This document shows, one piece after another, positions 1 through 11,600 of a stretch of DNA of 64,000 nt (position 1 is its first letter; each line of letters starts with the position of its first letter). The notes below the pieces were generated by a model. The model made no database searches. It had not been told where the DNA came from and saw nothing but the letters and a program-made list of their open reading frames with translations. A program made the position numbers and the translations under genes. The DNA is from Anthoceros angustus. Its lineage: Eukaryota; Plantae; Anthocerotophyta. The stretch covers positions 496,001-560,000 of the forward strand of contig MU008174.1 in the NCBI GenBank assembly GCA_010909165.1, in the 5' to 3' direction.

Positions 1-210
1 TTTTCCTTCGGAGGAAGCTGCCACAGCCTCTCAGACTTCCATATGTGGGGCCACCCCTTTCGTGGAATTTCCTTCCCTTGCGGTTTTGGGTCGCCACCGA
101 ACCTCGGTTCTTCCCGGAATTGTGCTCATCTCAATCACTCCCATCATCAACCGACCTACCTCCATCTCTCACGTGCAGCTTAGCATGACCCTCCTCTTCC
201 TCGGTCTCGG

Positions 211-485
211 CTACAGATTCTCATCCTCCTCGTCCTCTTCCCCATTGTCCTCTTCCTCATCCTCTTCTTCCCCTTCTCTTTCCCCGTCTTGCCCACCTTC
301 CCCCTCGGCATCCCCATTCTCGTCATCGGCATTGTCGTCCTCATAGCGTACTTTGTCACTTGACATATGGTCCTCAAACACACCATTACCTCCTACTTGA
401 TCCTCCTCCCCGCTATCATCGTCATCTTCGTCTGCCACATGCCCTCCACCAGGCACGACTGATAGAGGGCGCCTCTTTCTGTCCA
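211..485 (-). pseudogene. Acidic low-complexity ORF fragment (D/E-rich), probably TE-derived
   Basis: Minus frame reads MDRKRRPL...ADEDDDDSGEED...EEEDEEEDNGEEDEEDENL; no recognisable domain. Confidence 0.25.
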
Positions 486-528
486 TGGGGCACTTACAAC
501 GTGGTTTTGTTTTTAACTTGCAGCAACT

Positions 529-1736
529 AAAGGACGTCGAGGTTTTACGGTCGCCGATGACTTCCGCCATTTCATATTTGAAGTCAACAACTGGAAAGGT
601 CTTGAAAACGAGCAAAGGGCTTTGGCTGATAAGGACCTGGAAGAAGGTCTTAACATATTTAACGTGCCTTCCAGTGACAAACAGGTTCAATACCAGGTGG
701 AGGCAAGAAATATTCTTGACATGCGGGGTTTCTGAGGACGAGGGGGTACACGCTTCTAGTGATGGACGTTCCACGTGGGTTTGACATTGGCCCTATGGAT
801 AAGCGGGTGGACATGGCAATGATGCGAACAGTGTTTCAGAGCTTTGAGGAAAAGACAACAAGTGAAGACTTGCGCATTATAGTCATGCATGGGGTCGAAG
901 AAGCCCACACCGTCAGGGAATCCATGCAGACATGGACAGGGAAAGGCGGATTGGTATCCTTCATATGGGATAAGACCAACATGCATAATGATAGAGGCGG
1001 GTTTGAGACTGTGGAGTACATCACCGTCGGATGGTGTCTGAAAGACACAAGCACAAAGGATAGAGCTCCTATGTTGCCGAATGCTATGCACGGGACGTTC
1101 AACAATGGGAGGTCGGTTATAGGACACGCCACTGTGGTGAAGAAACAGGTCTACCTGTCCAATGACAAACTGGTGGTATGCCCTTATCAACGCCCACTTG
1201 GTCTTCTGATGAAACTTATAAGGACCTTCTCAAAGGAAGGGGACTGGGTTCTTGATGCATGTTCGGGCAGTGGACCACCACACTTGCTGCAGTCCTCAGT
1301 GGACGCAACTGCATTGCAGTTGAGGCAGATTTGAGATGTGCAGGGTACATTCCTCAACGAATACATGGTTATGAGGTCCTTCCAGATGCAGAGGAAGAGC
1401 TTACATTTCAACCGCATCGCAGAGGACCATCAGCCTGGGCAAAGGAGGTATGTATCGTGAAAAGATAGTCCAAGGCACAAGTTGTTTCATTGAGTGCCGG
1501 AGGTTGCGATTTACAACAGTGAACTTTTGGAAGATGGGCAGCAAGCGTTGGATGATGTGGCACCGCCTCCACAGGACGACCCCAAGTGTGATGTGAACGA
1601 AGACGAGAAGGCCTTGGAAGAAAACGACGAATTTGAAGACGAAGAAGTAGAGCGCATTAGAAACCTAGCGGTTGTCTTAGACTCTGTGACAGGATGCGAT
1701 TTAGTCGCAGATGAGCCTCCCAATGATCCATTGTAG
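529..1736 (+). pseudogene. Beta-class N4-cytosine/N6-adenine DNA methyltransferase-like gene (N6_N4_Mtase-type), frameshifted as assembled
   Basis: Motif IV-like TLLVMDVPRG (~750-779) precedes YQRPLGLLMKLIRTFSKEGDWVLDACSGSG (~1184-1281). After a 1-nt shift it continues TTTLAAVLSGRNCIAVEAD. This matches the family pattern HPTQKP..L...I...S..GD.VLDPF.GSGTT..AA...GR..IG.E. An upstream open frame (529-731, ...YQVEARNILDM) joins by another 1-nt shift. A probable intron GTATGT(1448)...ACAG(1519) leads to an acidic tail ending at 1736. Confidence 0.75.
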
Positions 1737-2739
1737 ACGCCTTATATTCTTCGACGATTTAACGATAAGTTTTGTGGTCTGGATAGAGGTATACAGTTCA
1801 AGGTTGGCCACTCGCATAGTTTGCAGTAAAAAAACCGTCTTCAAGTGGTGGAATTTTAATTTTCCTTCCTACATTGTGGACCATTGCTTTGACGAGGGTC
1901 CAGCTATCGCCGGCCAGCCGGCGTCCGTTTATTACATGCACACATGGAACCGCGTAAATCGTTGTTTCCAACTTGGGATCCATCGGACAAGGGTGGACAT
2001 ACGTCACAAACGTGAAAAAAACATAGTTTCCAGAAAGGTGTGATCTATGTCAAGAGGGTCCAACAGCAACCGAAGAGGGTTTGTATATTCCCCCTCTTGA
2101 AGGTTTATGGTGTTTGCAACGGACATCCGACATAGTCAGCAGCCTTACCGTATGACTGACCGTTTGCGCGATTACATTGTCCATCTCGTATGGGTTGGAT
2201 CGTACGTACATGCCACTTCCGAAAATACGGTTTAGGTGCGGAACAACATCACCATGTCACGGTTTTCCACAAGGCACGTCACGGGCCCGGGATACTGATG
2301 AAGACAAAAGCGAATGGCGTCTCCAGCGTGTGGAGGGCCCATACCAGGTGCGAGCATGAGTGGAACCCACCAAGTGGATGTGGCGTGAGGTTTCTAGCAT
2401 ATTTTAATGGGAAGGTGCATGAAAAAAGCGAGCATGACGAGAGGCCAAGCGGATCACACGTGGGAGGGCTTGGATGAACATAATTACAAGGCGGTTCACG
2501 GGCCCGATCGACAATGGAACTAGAACTGGGGACCTGAGCTCCGGTGTACCAAGTAGGGAAACTATTTTTTACTATAGATAAGTGAGAAAGAGGGGCGGTG
2601 CGGTTGGAGGAAGCATCTTGCACCCATTCAAGTAGAGAAGAGTAATAGACAATGTAACAAACTTGGCTTGTGTGACTGAGTCTCTCCCATACCATCCGTT
2701 GTAACGTTTTTGATCACCATAACAAGAACTACAACAAAA

Positions 2740-3650
2740 AAACGTTACATAGCCAGCAGGTTCCTAGTAGTGTTTGCCACTTTAGGCCCTACATCTATGG
2801 CAAGCCCTTTACACTAGTCACTGATCATCAGCCTCTCAAGCGGCTCATGACCAACACCAACCTTAGTGGTAATTAAGAATCATGGCCCACGTGGTCAACT
2901 TATAAGTTGGCCATGTGGGCCATGATTCTTAAAGACTACAAATTCGAGGTGGTCCACCGGTCAGGCATCAAGCATCAAAACGTTGACATCTTGTCCTGAA
3001 ATCCTGGAGATAGCAATGAAGATGTCAGGAAGGCAAGGCAAGATGCTGATTCCAGCAATGCTGAGGTCTTCTCCAGCCCTGTTTTGCTGGCTATGGTTTG
3101 TCTTGGACAGTTGGAGGCCAGCGCCGGTGATTGGAGTCCCAAGGACGTGTGGGAAGATTCCGACACTTTGAAGTTTTTGCAAAAAGGTCAGCTAGACTCC
3201 TCCTTGAGACCACCCGAATAGGAGCGAATCGGGCAGCATGCCTCCTCATACCAATGGCGGGATGGCTACCTTCTACGAAGGCTGCACAATGGGCTGGAGC
3301 GCCTAGTTCCACCACCGGCGGACCGGGAGCAGCTAATCTGCCGAGTGCACCACGACATGGGACAATTTGGTGTCAAGCGCACCTACAACCTGTTGGTTCC
3401 TTACTTCTATTGGCATGGCATGCATGCCCAGGTTAAGCAACACATGGCTTGCTGCGAGGAATGTGACCGGGTCAAGATCTCATTCACCATCCAACATCCA
3501 CAGCTCCGCCCACTCCCGATCATGGGACTATTTTTCAGGTGGTCCTGTGACTTGATAGGAGAACTGCCACGGACGCCAAGAGGAAATATTTACATTCTCG
3601 TTATGATGGAACATTTCTCCAAGTGGGTTGAGGTAGTGGGGTGTCACTGC
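2740..3650 (+). mobile_element. Ty3/Gypsy pol fragment (RNase H, integrase Zn finger and start of core)
   Basis: HFRPYIYGKPFTLVTDHQPLK...YKFEVVHRSGIKHQNVD (RNase H), HHDMGQFGVKRTY...YWHGM...CEECDRVK (HHCC finger), RWSCDLIGELP...ILVMMEHFSKWVEVV (integrase). Truncated and frameshifted. Confidence 0.85.
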
Positions 3651-5616
3651 GCTTTGGTGTACCTTGACATAGAAAAAGCTGGTTGTGTCATTTGGTCACA
3701 TGGACCCGACCTGTCACCGAATTCAAAATTACACGGAAGGAACCTCCGGGAACATAAAAATGTGCTCCGCGTGTTTTCTGCTCTTGTGAAGACCGGAACC
3801 GATCGTGCATAACCAAACGCGGACTTCCTTCGCCCATTATGCCTATCCCGTTGATGTCACTGGACACGGTGGGTCTTGCTTTGGGATGCATTCATGGCAT
3901 ATGTTCTTGAATTGATGTGAAAAGCATTCTGCGGTGTGGAGGCGTACATCACGCGATCTAATGCAAATGCACGGAGAGGAGGCGGGCGGCGCGATCGTTG
4001 TGGCAAGGTTTCCGGCATGGATTGTGCGGTATCGCCGATTGTGCGAGAATAGCCGACTTGTGACGGTGGAAGTTTCTCAAGCTGATTGGGGTGGTTACGC
4101 CCATGATGGCCCGCTCTCCTTGTAGTCAGCGGTATTGTGAGAGGAAGCGTCTGCGGGAGGCAAGCTTTGGCGAGCTGCGAGAGCAGGCGCAAGCAGAATG
4201 AACCGGTGGACATAGTAGGCCAGTGCAGCGGCAACATCGGCCTCCACCTCCACAAGCCGAGTGCGTGTGTAGCGCGATGCAGCGTTATTTCAAGGTCGTT
4301 GGGGTTGATACACCGCACAATCTCGCGCCGACCTAGCAAGGAGCTTGGAGAGCAATTCTTGCGGATGACAAGTGAGTTCTCGGTGCAATGTCGCCGTGAG
4401 ATCTATAGTACTTTTGAAGAGCTTCCTCTGAAGGACTTTCGTACTCCCGACGCGGGGAAAGATGAAGAGTTGTTCTTGTTCTCATGAGGAATATGAGCCT
4501 GACATGTAAAATTGAAGGATGTTCGGTCGGCGATCACTGCGAGCGCGCCTGGAATATCATTTTGTCGCCGGGTCCGGATGACCATCGATTCCCACAGCCA
4601 AGCACATTGGTGTGAGTCGGAGCATCCGATCTGCAGCGAAATTGCGGGGTGGGAAGGATTGTCGGGGCCAAGGTATGTGGTGCGGGTCCGGAAGGAAGCT
4701 TAGGTCGATGTGATCTCGGATGATGTGAAAGCCGCGTTACGCAGTGCAGGAGCTCGCCTCGACCTTCCTCCAACACAAAGGACACCAAGCGCCTACGTCG
4801 GACCAAACACTTTTGACCAGCACATCATCCACTTCTTGGATACTTCACGGTGAGATGAATATGTCACTGGATTCCATGCTTGTGTTGTGAGTGCGAACCT
4901 TCATCATGCTAGTCCCTCACCTTCCATGCTTGTTTGTACTTCACGGTGTCGTTATATGTTAGCACTACCTTCCAAATTCGTGTTTGACTCTTGGGCATGA
5001 TGGTATTGGGGTCAGTAAGGGTGTTCACGTAGGCTTCTCGTATGCATACTGGTGTTGTGATTTAGGGACCGGTGATATGGGGTGGACAGTTGGTGTTGAG
5101 CGAAGGGCTATGTGATGCCCATGGCCTTGTGATGGTTTGGGCTGATTGGTGATGTTGATTCCTGCACTGGTTATGTTTTGGGCAAGGGCCGGGTTCCCAG
5201 TTTGGTGTGGGGAGGCGGGGTGTTGTGGTTGCCGCTTGCGTATTGGGGTGGTCGCTGGGTGATTTTAGTGGGCCGTGGATGATGTGCGGACAATTTGGTG
5301 ATGTGGTGGTCGCTATCTTGTTGATTGATCGTTGGTGATGTGGATGATGGCATGGTGATAAGGTGGACGGATTGGTGATGTCATGGAGTAGGTGGAGCTC
5401 TGTTTGCACCCTTAGTGATGTGGTGGATGTGTTGGTGTTGTGGATGATGGAATGGTGATCACATGCGGTTTGGTGATGTTTTGGAGTTGTTCCATTTTAG
5501 TTGGCATCACTTGGTGACCTCGTGTCCGTCGTTGGAAGTGTGTTGCACGTTTTGATATTGGCCATCCCATCGGTGATACCACCGTTCCTGCGAGTATGTA
5601 ATGAAATCGCTTTGTT

Positions 5617-7400
5617 GTGATGTGCGCAATTCTACTGCGGTTCTGCGAAGAGCATCCCGACATTTCAATTGGGCAGCGAACTTTTGAGAAATTGAAGCCG
5701 TATTTTGTGAAGAGCTGCAGAACGGAACTTGTCTCTTATCATGTGGAAATGGCCTTTCTCAAGGGCGCTTTCAATGCTATATGCGGTTGTCTTTCAAGTG
5801 TGCATCGAGGTCAATGTCATTTCCATGTGACATATGTGCTCCCCAAGAAGGTGACGGGCTTGTTCAAGAGTGTAGTCAACACATGTGTTGTATCTGTCAG
5901 GATGTTGTCGCTTTGTGTGTGCGAAGGAGGCAAACGGGATGGCACAACCTCGCATGTTTTGGTGGCACTTGTGGCGGCTGTGGGGTGGGGCAAATTGGCC
6001 CGTCATGTCATCGAATGATAAGCTTCCTCGGTCCGTCCTCGGTGGCGCCGTTTTCAATACCAAGTCGTTGGTTCGACCAAGATGGGCATGAGAAGAAGCG
6101 GATCAAACTTGTTTTCATGGAGACTCATCCATGATTTTTGTCATGTACTTGAAAGAAAAATTGAAAGAGTTCATCCCGCGATTTTGTGCGGATGGCAAGG
6201 GTTGGAATTTCGTCGCTTGGAGTGGTTCCGTGATGTTGTCGTCTGTCATGGACTTGATCGAACTATGCGTTTGGTGTTCAAAACGAAATTCAATCTATGC
6301 ATTGGCATAATGACCAGTTTCGATTTTTGTCTTGGTGTTCTATAGGAGGACGGGTCCAATTGATGCAGGAACGGCTGCTAACATCGACAAATACTATCAC
6401 TTCTACATCGGTGATGATATGGTCCACGATACCTTTGTTTATGCGACCGCCTCATGTTGCATTGGCAGTGGATGCGTGATTCTGGGTTTCCAGTGCCGGG
6501 AACATTGGTGTTGGTCGGATGGGGCAGCTAGTCAATTTAAAGCATGTAGGCCTTCTTACTTTGTTGCGGTACCTAGCTTGACTGGTGGTTGCAAGATGCT
6601 ATGGTCGTTCTTTGGCGTGGGCATGGCAAAGGCGAACATGACGGAGCAGTGCAATCTTGAAAAGGGCATTGCGGTGAGTCCTCTCCGAATGCTCCTCATT
6701 GCGATGCGCCTCGATGTTGTCACCTACTTAAGAGAGAACATCTCGGGTGCAACAACGTCGTCTGTGGAGAGCATCGTCCATAGGAGCTTCGTGATTGGGA
6801 AAACGAGGTGAGCAGGAGGAACAAGTTTAATTGTGACCCAATACAGGTCAAAAAATGCATAGCATATATGGTTTCGCCTGGACCCAACTCAATGAAAATG
6901 CATGTTGGCATGTACATCTTGTTGTCTTGATCGGCATTCTCTATAAGCGCCCATGCGAGGATGGAGACTCGTATCCATTAGGCCACATGGACAACCCACG
7001 GAAGGAGCCCGTACTCGGAGAAGAGGCCGGGATCTTTGAGTCTGGCGGATACCTTCGCCGCGTTTGCTACTCGGGAGGAACAAGGAGCTTTGGAAACTAC
7101 CGTTGATGGCCTTGACGATGATGCTATGGAGGATGTGTCGGACATGGCCGACCTCCTAGAAGTTGGTGATACGTTTGTTGTACCGACATCGAAGGCGAGG
7201 GGCAATTGTTTTACCTTGCGTTGCACGGTTGAAGCAAACCCTCTGTAACAAGTGGTGCCCTTGGAGCAACTCAACATTAGTGGGAGAAGTGGTTGTCTGG
7301 CGACTACACACTCCACACGGCGTCTGTACCTGGTGAGAGAATGAGGAGTGCACCCTTCATGCCCGTGTCCTAAGTTGCAAGATTGAATTGCGGGTGTACC
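5617..7400 (+). mobile_element. Degenerate DDD DNA transposase, Sola2-like
   Basis: Across frameshifts: EEHPDISIGQRTFEKLKPYFV; KKRIKLVFMET; SVMD(L/F).ENYAFGVQNEIQSMHWHNDQ (~6242-6318); YHFYIGDDMVHD; WCWSDGAASQFK (~6506-6541); WSFFG..HGKGEHDGA (~6602-6648); C-terminal LLEVGDTFVV...CFTLRC. The three Asp motifs (DF.ENY / SDG / HGKG..DG) match the Sola2 pattern as I recall it. Confidence 0.7.
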
Positions 7401-7995
7401 GATAGTGAAGGTGTGGAGTGCTATTCTTTAGAGGGGAAGCTCTCGTGAGTGACCACCTTGGTAAGAGAAAGCAACTCGAGCCTTGTGCTAGAAAGCACAT
7501 GTGCGTAATGATTGGTCTCCCTCTATTGTACGAGGCCCACGTTTGGCAAACATAACCACGCGACCACCAAGCTGGTCACTAACTATTTGCTCACTAACCG
7601 AGTTGTCACTAACTGGTGGCGCCAGTGCACCGAAAGTTATTTTGCAAATGGGTCTTGTCCATGTTAACACGTTGATACATGGCTTCTTTAGGGGTCTGAA
7701 GGTCCAAGCGGGATGCACACGGCATATACGATTGCATTCATGCAAAACACTTATTCCGTGGAATTTGCTTACAAGGGCATTTGCATTAAAAGTTGAGTTC
7801 TGGTCTCGGGACACATGATTATCCGCCACACGTTGAAGCCCACTTTCGCCAATTGACCCCGGCGTGGTGTCCACAGGCCTTGTCCTTGGTGGCACATAGT
7901 CGGGCTTTAAATGGCGTGGCGGCCACGGGTCGTCACGCATCTTCATATACAAGCTAATGCAATGGCCGCCATGTGCTCTAACTTGGGTCTTGTGA

Positions 7996-9971
7996 TTTGT
8001 CGAACCCACCGCCGCAGCTCCTCTGGTTCCGCCCTTGATGGGGAGAAGCCATGGGCAGCCGAGGCAAGGAGCTTGATGGAAGCGAAGGTTTTGGCCGCAA
8101 TGCGGCGGTTCCAAGATCGACCGGCGGGCGGTGGCGGCGGCTTCCGAAGAGGGAGCGTGGATGCGCCATATGCCGGAAGACCTCGAAGTCGCTCAGCAAT
8201 TGCAGCAGGAAGGGATGTCGACCGTGTTGTTGAGGATGATTGTGACATGGCGTGTTATAGACAATGAATCAAGGATGGCGGTGGAAAGTGGCGACTCTTG
8301 ATGGCGCGGGTTTGCCCACTCGCAATGGAAGCATCTTTGTAGCTACGGTCTTGTGATTGGGGCCGTCTTCCACATTCTTTGGATAGCTGGACATGGCGTG
8401 CATGTTGTTGTGCCGAAGCCCTTTTAGGCGGCAGCGTGCTTGGATGTAGTTGTTACCCAAGCCTCGTAACTTGATCCCTCCCCAGGCTGTGTACCTGAGT
8501 TGGAAAGGATGTTGTGTGGCATGTGCTAATGCAAGACGGGTTGAAGGCATGTTTCGTTAATGTCAAGTGCAGAGGTAAATCTTGTTGCCTCATGTCGGCA
8601 AGTTTATCAGTGACCATTGTATGTGGATCAACCAAAAAAGCAAATCGGGCCTCCTTAACAACCCTACATTTAGCCATGGGTGCCTAGAAACTCAAAACCA
8701 CGCACAGACAGTGCCGACCATACCAGCCAAGACAATCACTTGACCGTCTGAAGTCCCTCCTTGACATGCTCCCTCTTAGCCACCCAGTCCAGATATTTGG
8801 CGATTGTGGGGCTCAATAATACACTGGATGTCTTGGGTAGCCTTGGGATGGCATCATCAAGTTTGTTGCCAAAACCATGTCCTCCTCTATTGCGGTGGGG
8901 TGACCACGGACACAGTTAAGGAGGTACACCCCTCGAATTTGGCTCTGCCGTAATAATAAGCCATGATCACCCTCGCCGAAACACCTTGCCGCTTTGCCAT
9001 GCTTTGTCGAACCCACACAGCTCCTCCGGTTCCGCCCTTGATCTGGGAGAAGCCATGGGCAGCCGAGGCAAGGAGCTTGATGGCGCGAAGGTTTTGGCAA
9101 TGCGGCGGTTCCAAGATCGGCCGTGGCGGTGGCGCGGCGTTCCGAAGAGGGAGCGTGGATCGCCATATGCCGGAAGACCTCAAGTCGCTCGGCAATTGCA
9201 GGAAGGGATGTCGTGTTGTTGAGGATGATTGTGACATGGCGTGTTATAGACAATGAATCAAGGATGGCGTGGAAAGTGGCGACTCTTGATGGCGCGGGTT
9301 TGCCAACGCAATGGAAGCATCTTTGTTAGCTACGGTCTTGTGATTGGGGCCGTCTTCCACATTCTTTGGATAGCGGACATGGCGTGCATGTTGTTGTCGA
9401 AGCCCTTTTAGGCGGCGTGCTTGGATGTAGTTGTTACCCAAGCCTCGTAACTTGATCCCTCCCATGTGAACGAGTTGGAAAGGATGTTGTGTGGCATGTG
9501 CTAATGCAAGAGGCGGGTTGAAGGCATGTTTCGTTAATGTCAAGTGCGGTAAATCTTGTTGCCTCATGTCGGCAAGTTTATCGGTGACCATTGTATGTGG
9601 ATCAACCAAAAAAAAAGCGGGCCTCCTTAACAACCCTACATTTAGGCATGGGTGCCTAGAAACTCAAAACCACGCAGAGCAGTGACCATACCAGCCAAGA
9701 CAATCACTTGACCGTCAAGTCCCTCCTTGTCATGCTCCCTCTTAGCCACCCAGTCGGATATTTGGCGATTGTGGGGCTCAATACACACGGATGTCTTGGG
9801 TAGCCTTGGGATGGCGATCATCAGTTTGTTGCCAAAACCATGTCCTCCTCTATTGCGGTGGGGTGACCACGGACACAGTTAAGGAGCTGGTACACCCCTC
9901 GAATTTGGCTCTGCTCGTAATAATAATAAGCCATGATCACCCTCGCCAAACACCTTGCCGCTTTGCCATGC
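7996..9971. repeat. Direct tandem duplication of a ~1-kb unit (7996-9002 and 9003-9971)
   Basis: The two copies align throughout (e.g. CCATGGGCAGCCGAGGCAAGGAGC, GGATGATTGTGACATGGCGTGTTATAGAC); TTTGTC occurs at both ends and at the junction. Confidence 0.9.
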
Positions 9972-11600
9972 TTTGTCAAGCGGCTTGGCTAAATGTGCGC
10001 GTCGATACCGTAGCACATAGAACTCCACATGCTCTACATTTCCCTTGGGAGCCAGCACCATAAAGTTACTACGCACGGACCGTGTCCGCTCATAAGACCT
10101 TGAGGCATGGGTGGGGGCACTTCATCCACATTCTCTGACCATTGAGCACCCTTGTGCTTCCCACGGATGTTTCTTTTGGGGCTGTTTCCCATTCTTCCTT
10201 TTCGCCTCCGGCCGAACTTGGCCGAGGAGGTGGCGTCTCTGGGACTCAATGCATCGCTCTCCTTTCCTTCATTGGTTTTTCGATTCGCCCACGTTCTGCG
10301 AACTCATCAACCATTTCAAAAGTCACCATTTCATTCGCAGGCCCACCTTCTTCATTGGGCATGATGGGCCCACCACCACTTGCAAGAACACCGTCACGTC
10401 GACCAAGCTGGTGAAGAGCACGGACATTGATTCACAGTTGCAAGTATGTTCCATCGTACAGCCGCCTCCATCGCCAGATGCTCCAAAAGTTTTTGATGTT
10501 CGCTGATTGAGGCGTCATCCGCAACAACCCTATCTCGCTATAACTTGATTGGCACCAATCATCACGGTATCCACCGCGCCACCCTCATACGGATCTCCAC
10601 CGCCACCACACCGCTACCAAGCGGTGGACATCACCGGTTGTCGTCAATGCCAAATGGACACTTGGTCCGGGCCGTCACTTGCCACATGATCCAAGATATT
10701 GGTCACGGTAGAACACCACGACTCCTCTGCCATTCGTCACATTTATCAACACATTCAATTGCGGCCACCTCCAAGTTATCACTTGATTCACAAGACTCTG
10801 GACACCACAACCATTTCATCACCTACATCCACACCTCCACTCGAATACCTGGAAGGCACCGTTATGCAGCCAATAAGAGGCGCACAATACACCGTGACCA
10901 ACGAGAGGCGGTGAGCGCCACCGTTGTAGCTTGTCTTTGGCGGTCATCCTGCAAGCGGACAAACATGTACTCAAAGTGTAGACAACTATCTAGTTTCAAC
11001 AAAGCAATGCCCTCACAAACCCACACGATGTCCTTCGGAGGAACACGCACATGCCAACTTGCGTCTCATTCCTCACCAACTTCAACCCTGTGGGGACCTT
11101 GTGTCTGGCGGCCTTGGTGGAGTAGGAGCTATGTCCAGAACGGAGGGCTGCTCGTGTGGTCACTGTGGGGACAACGTCATCTTCAATTTGTGAGTCTAGC
11201 ACCATGAGTAATCGCTGCCCAAACATGCGCGAACAACACGAGGCTTTTCCCTCCGGGCATTGGGGTGCGAAGGAATTCACGTAGGCTTCATGTGCCTCCC
11301 TTGCCTTGCAAGCAGCAAATTCATCAGCTACGGTGCGAGAAATGTTGACATCGCAGTTGGCATAATTGCACCTGGACCGAGTTCGAGATCTTTGTATGAC
11401 AAAATTTAGTCGAGCGGACTTCAAGAAAATGGACAAGACAACAAACCTGGAGGCTGGAACATACATATTGGAGACTCAAGATTTTTTGTCTGGTGTGGCC
11501 AACCAATTCTTGGTGATTGTGACTCAATGTCTTTCCATCGTGTGTCATGGTCGGGTCTCCAATGCACTCGAGGAACTCTTTCTCCCAAGTGTCTCGCTGG
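9750..11600 (-). mobile_element. Second, heavily decayed Sola-like transposase relic, convergent with the first
   Basis: SNFMVLAPKGNVEHVEFYVLR...DKAWQSGKVFGEGD...YLLNCVRGHPTAIEEDMVLATN parallels the C-terminal domain of the first copy (GDTFVV...FTLRC...VGEVVVW). LQYVCSSLQVCCLVHFLE and CLHFEY resemble its N-terminal part. The catalytic core is not recognisable. Confidence 0.4.

Noticed and set aside
529-1736. Bacterial contamination as the source of the methylase
   Set aside because: Contiguous with plant-type Gypsy and Sola relics, has a probable spliceosomal intron and a low-complexity acidic tail, and no operon or restriction partner is evident.
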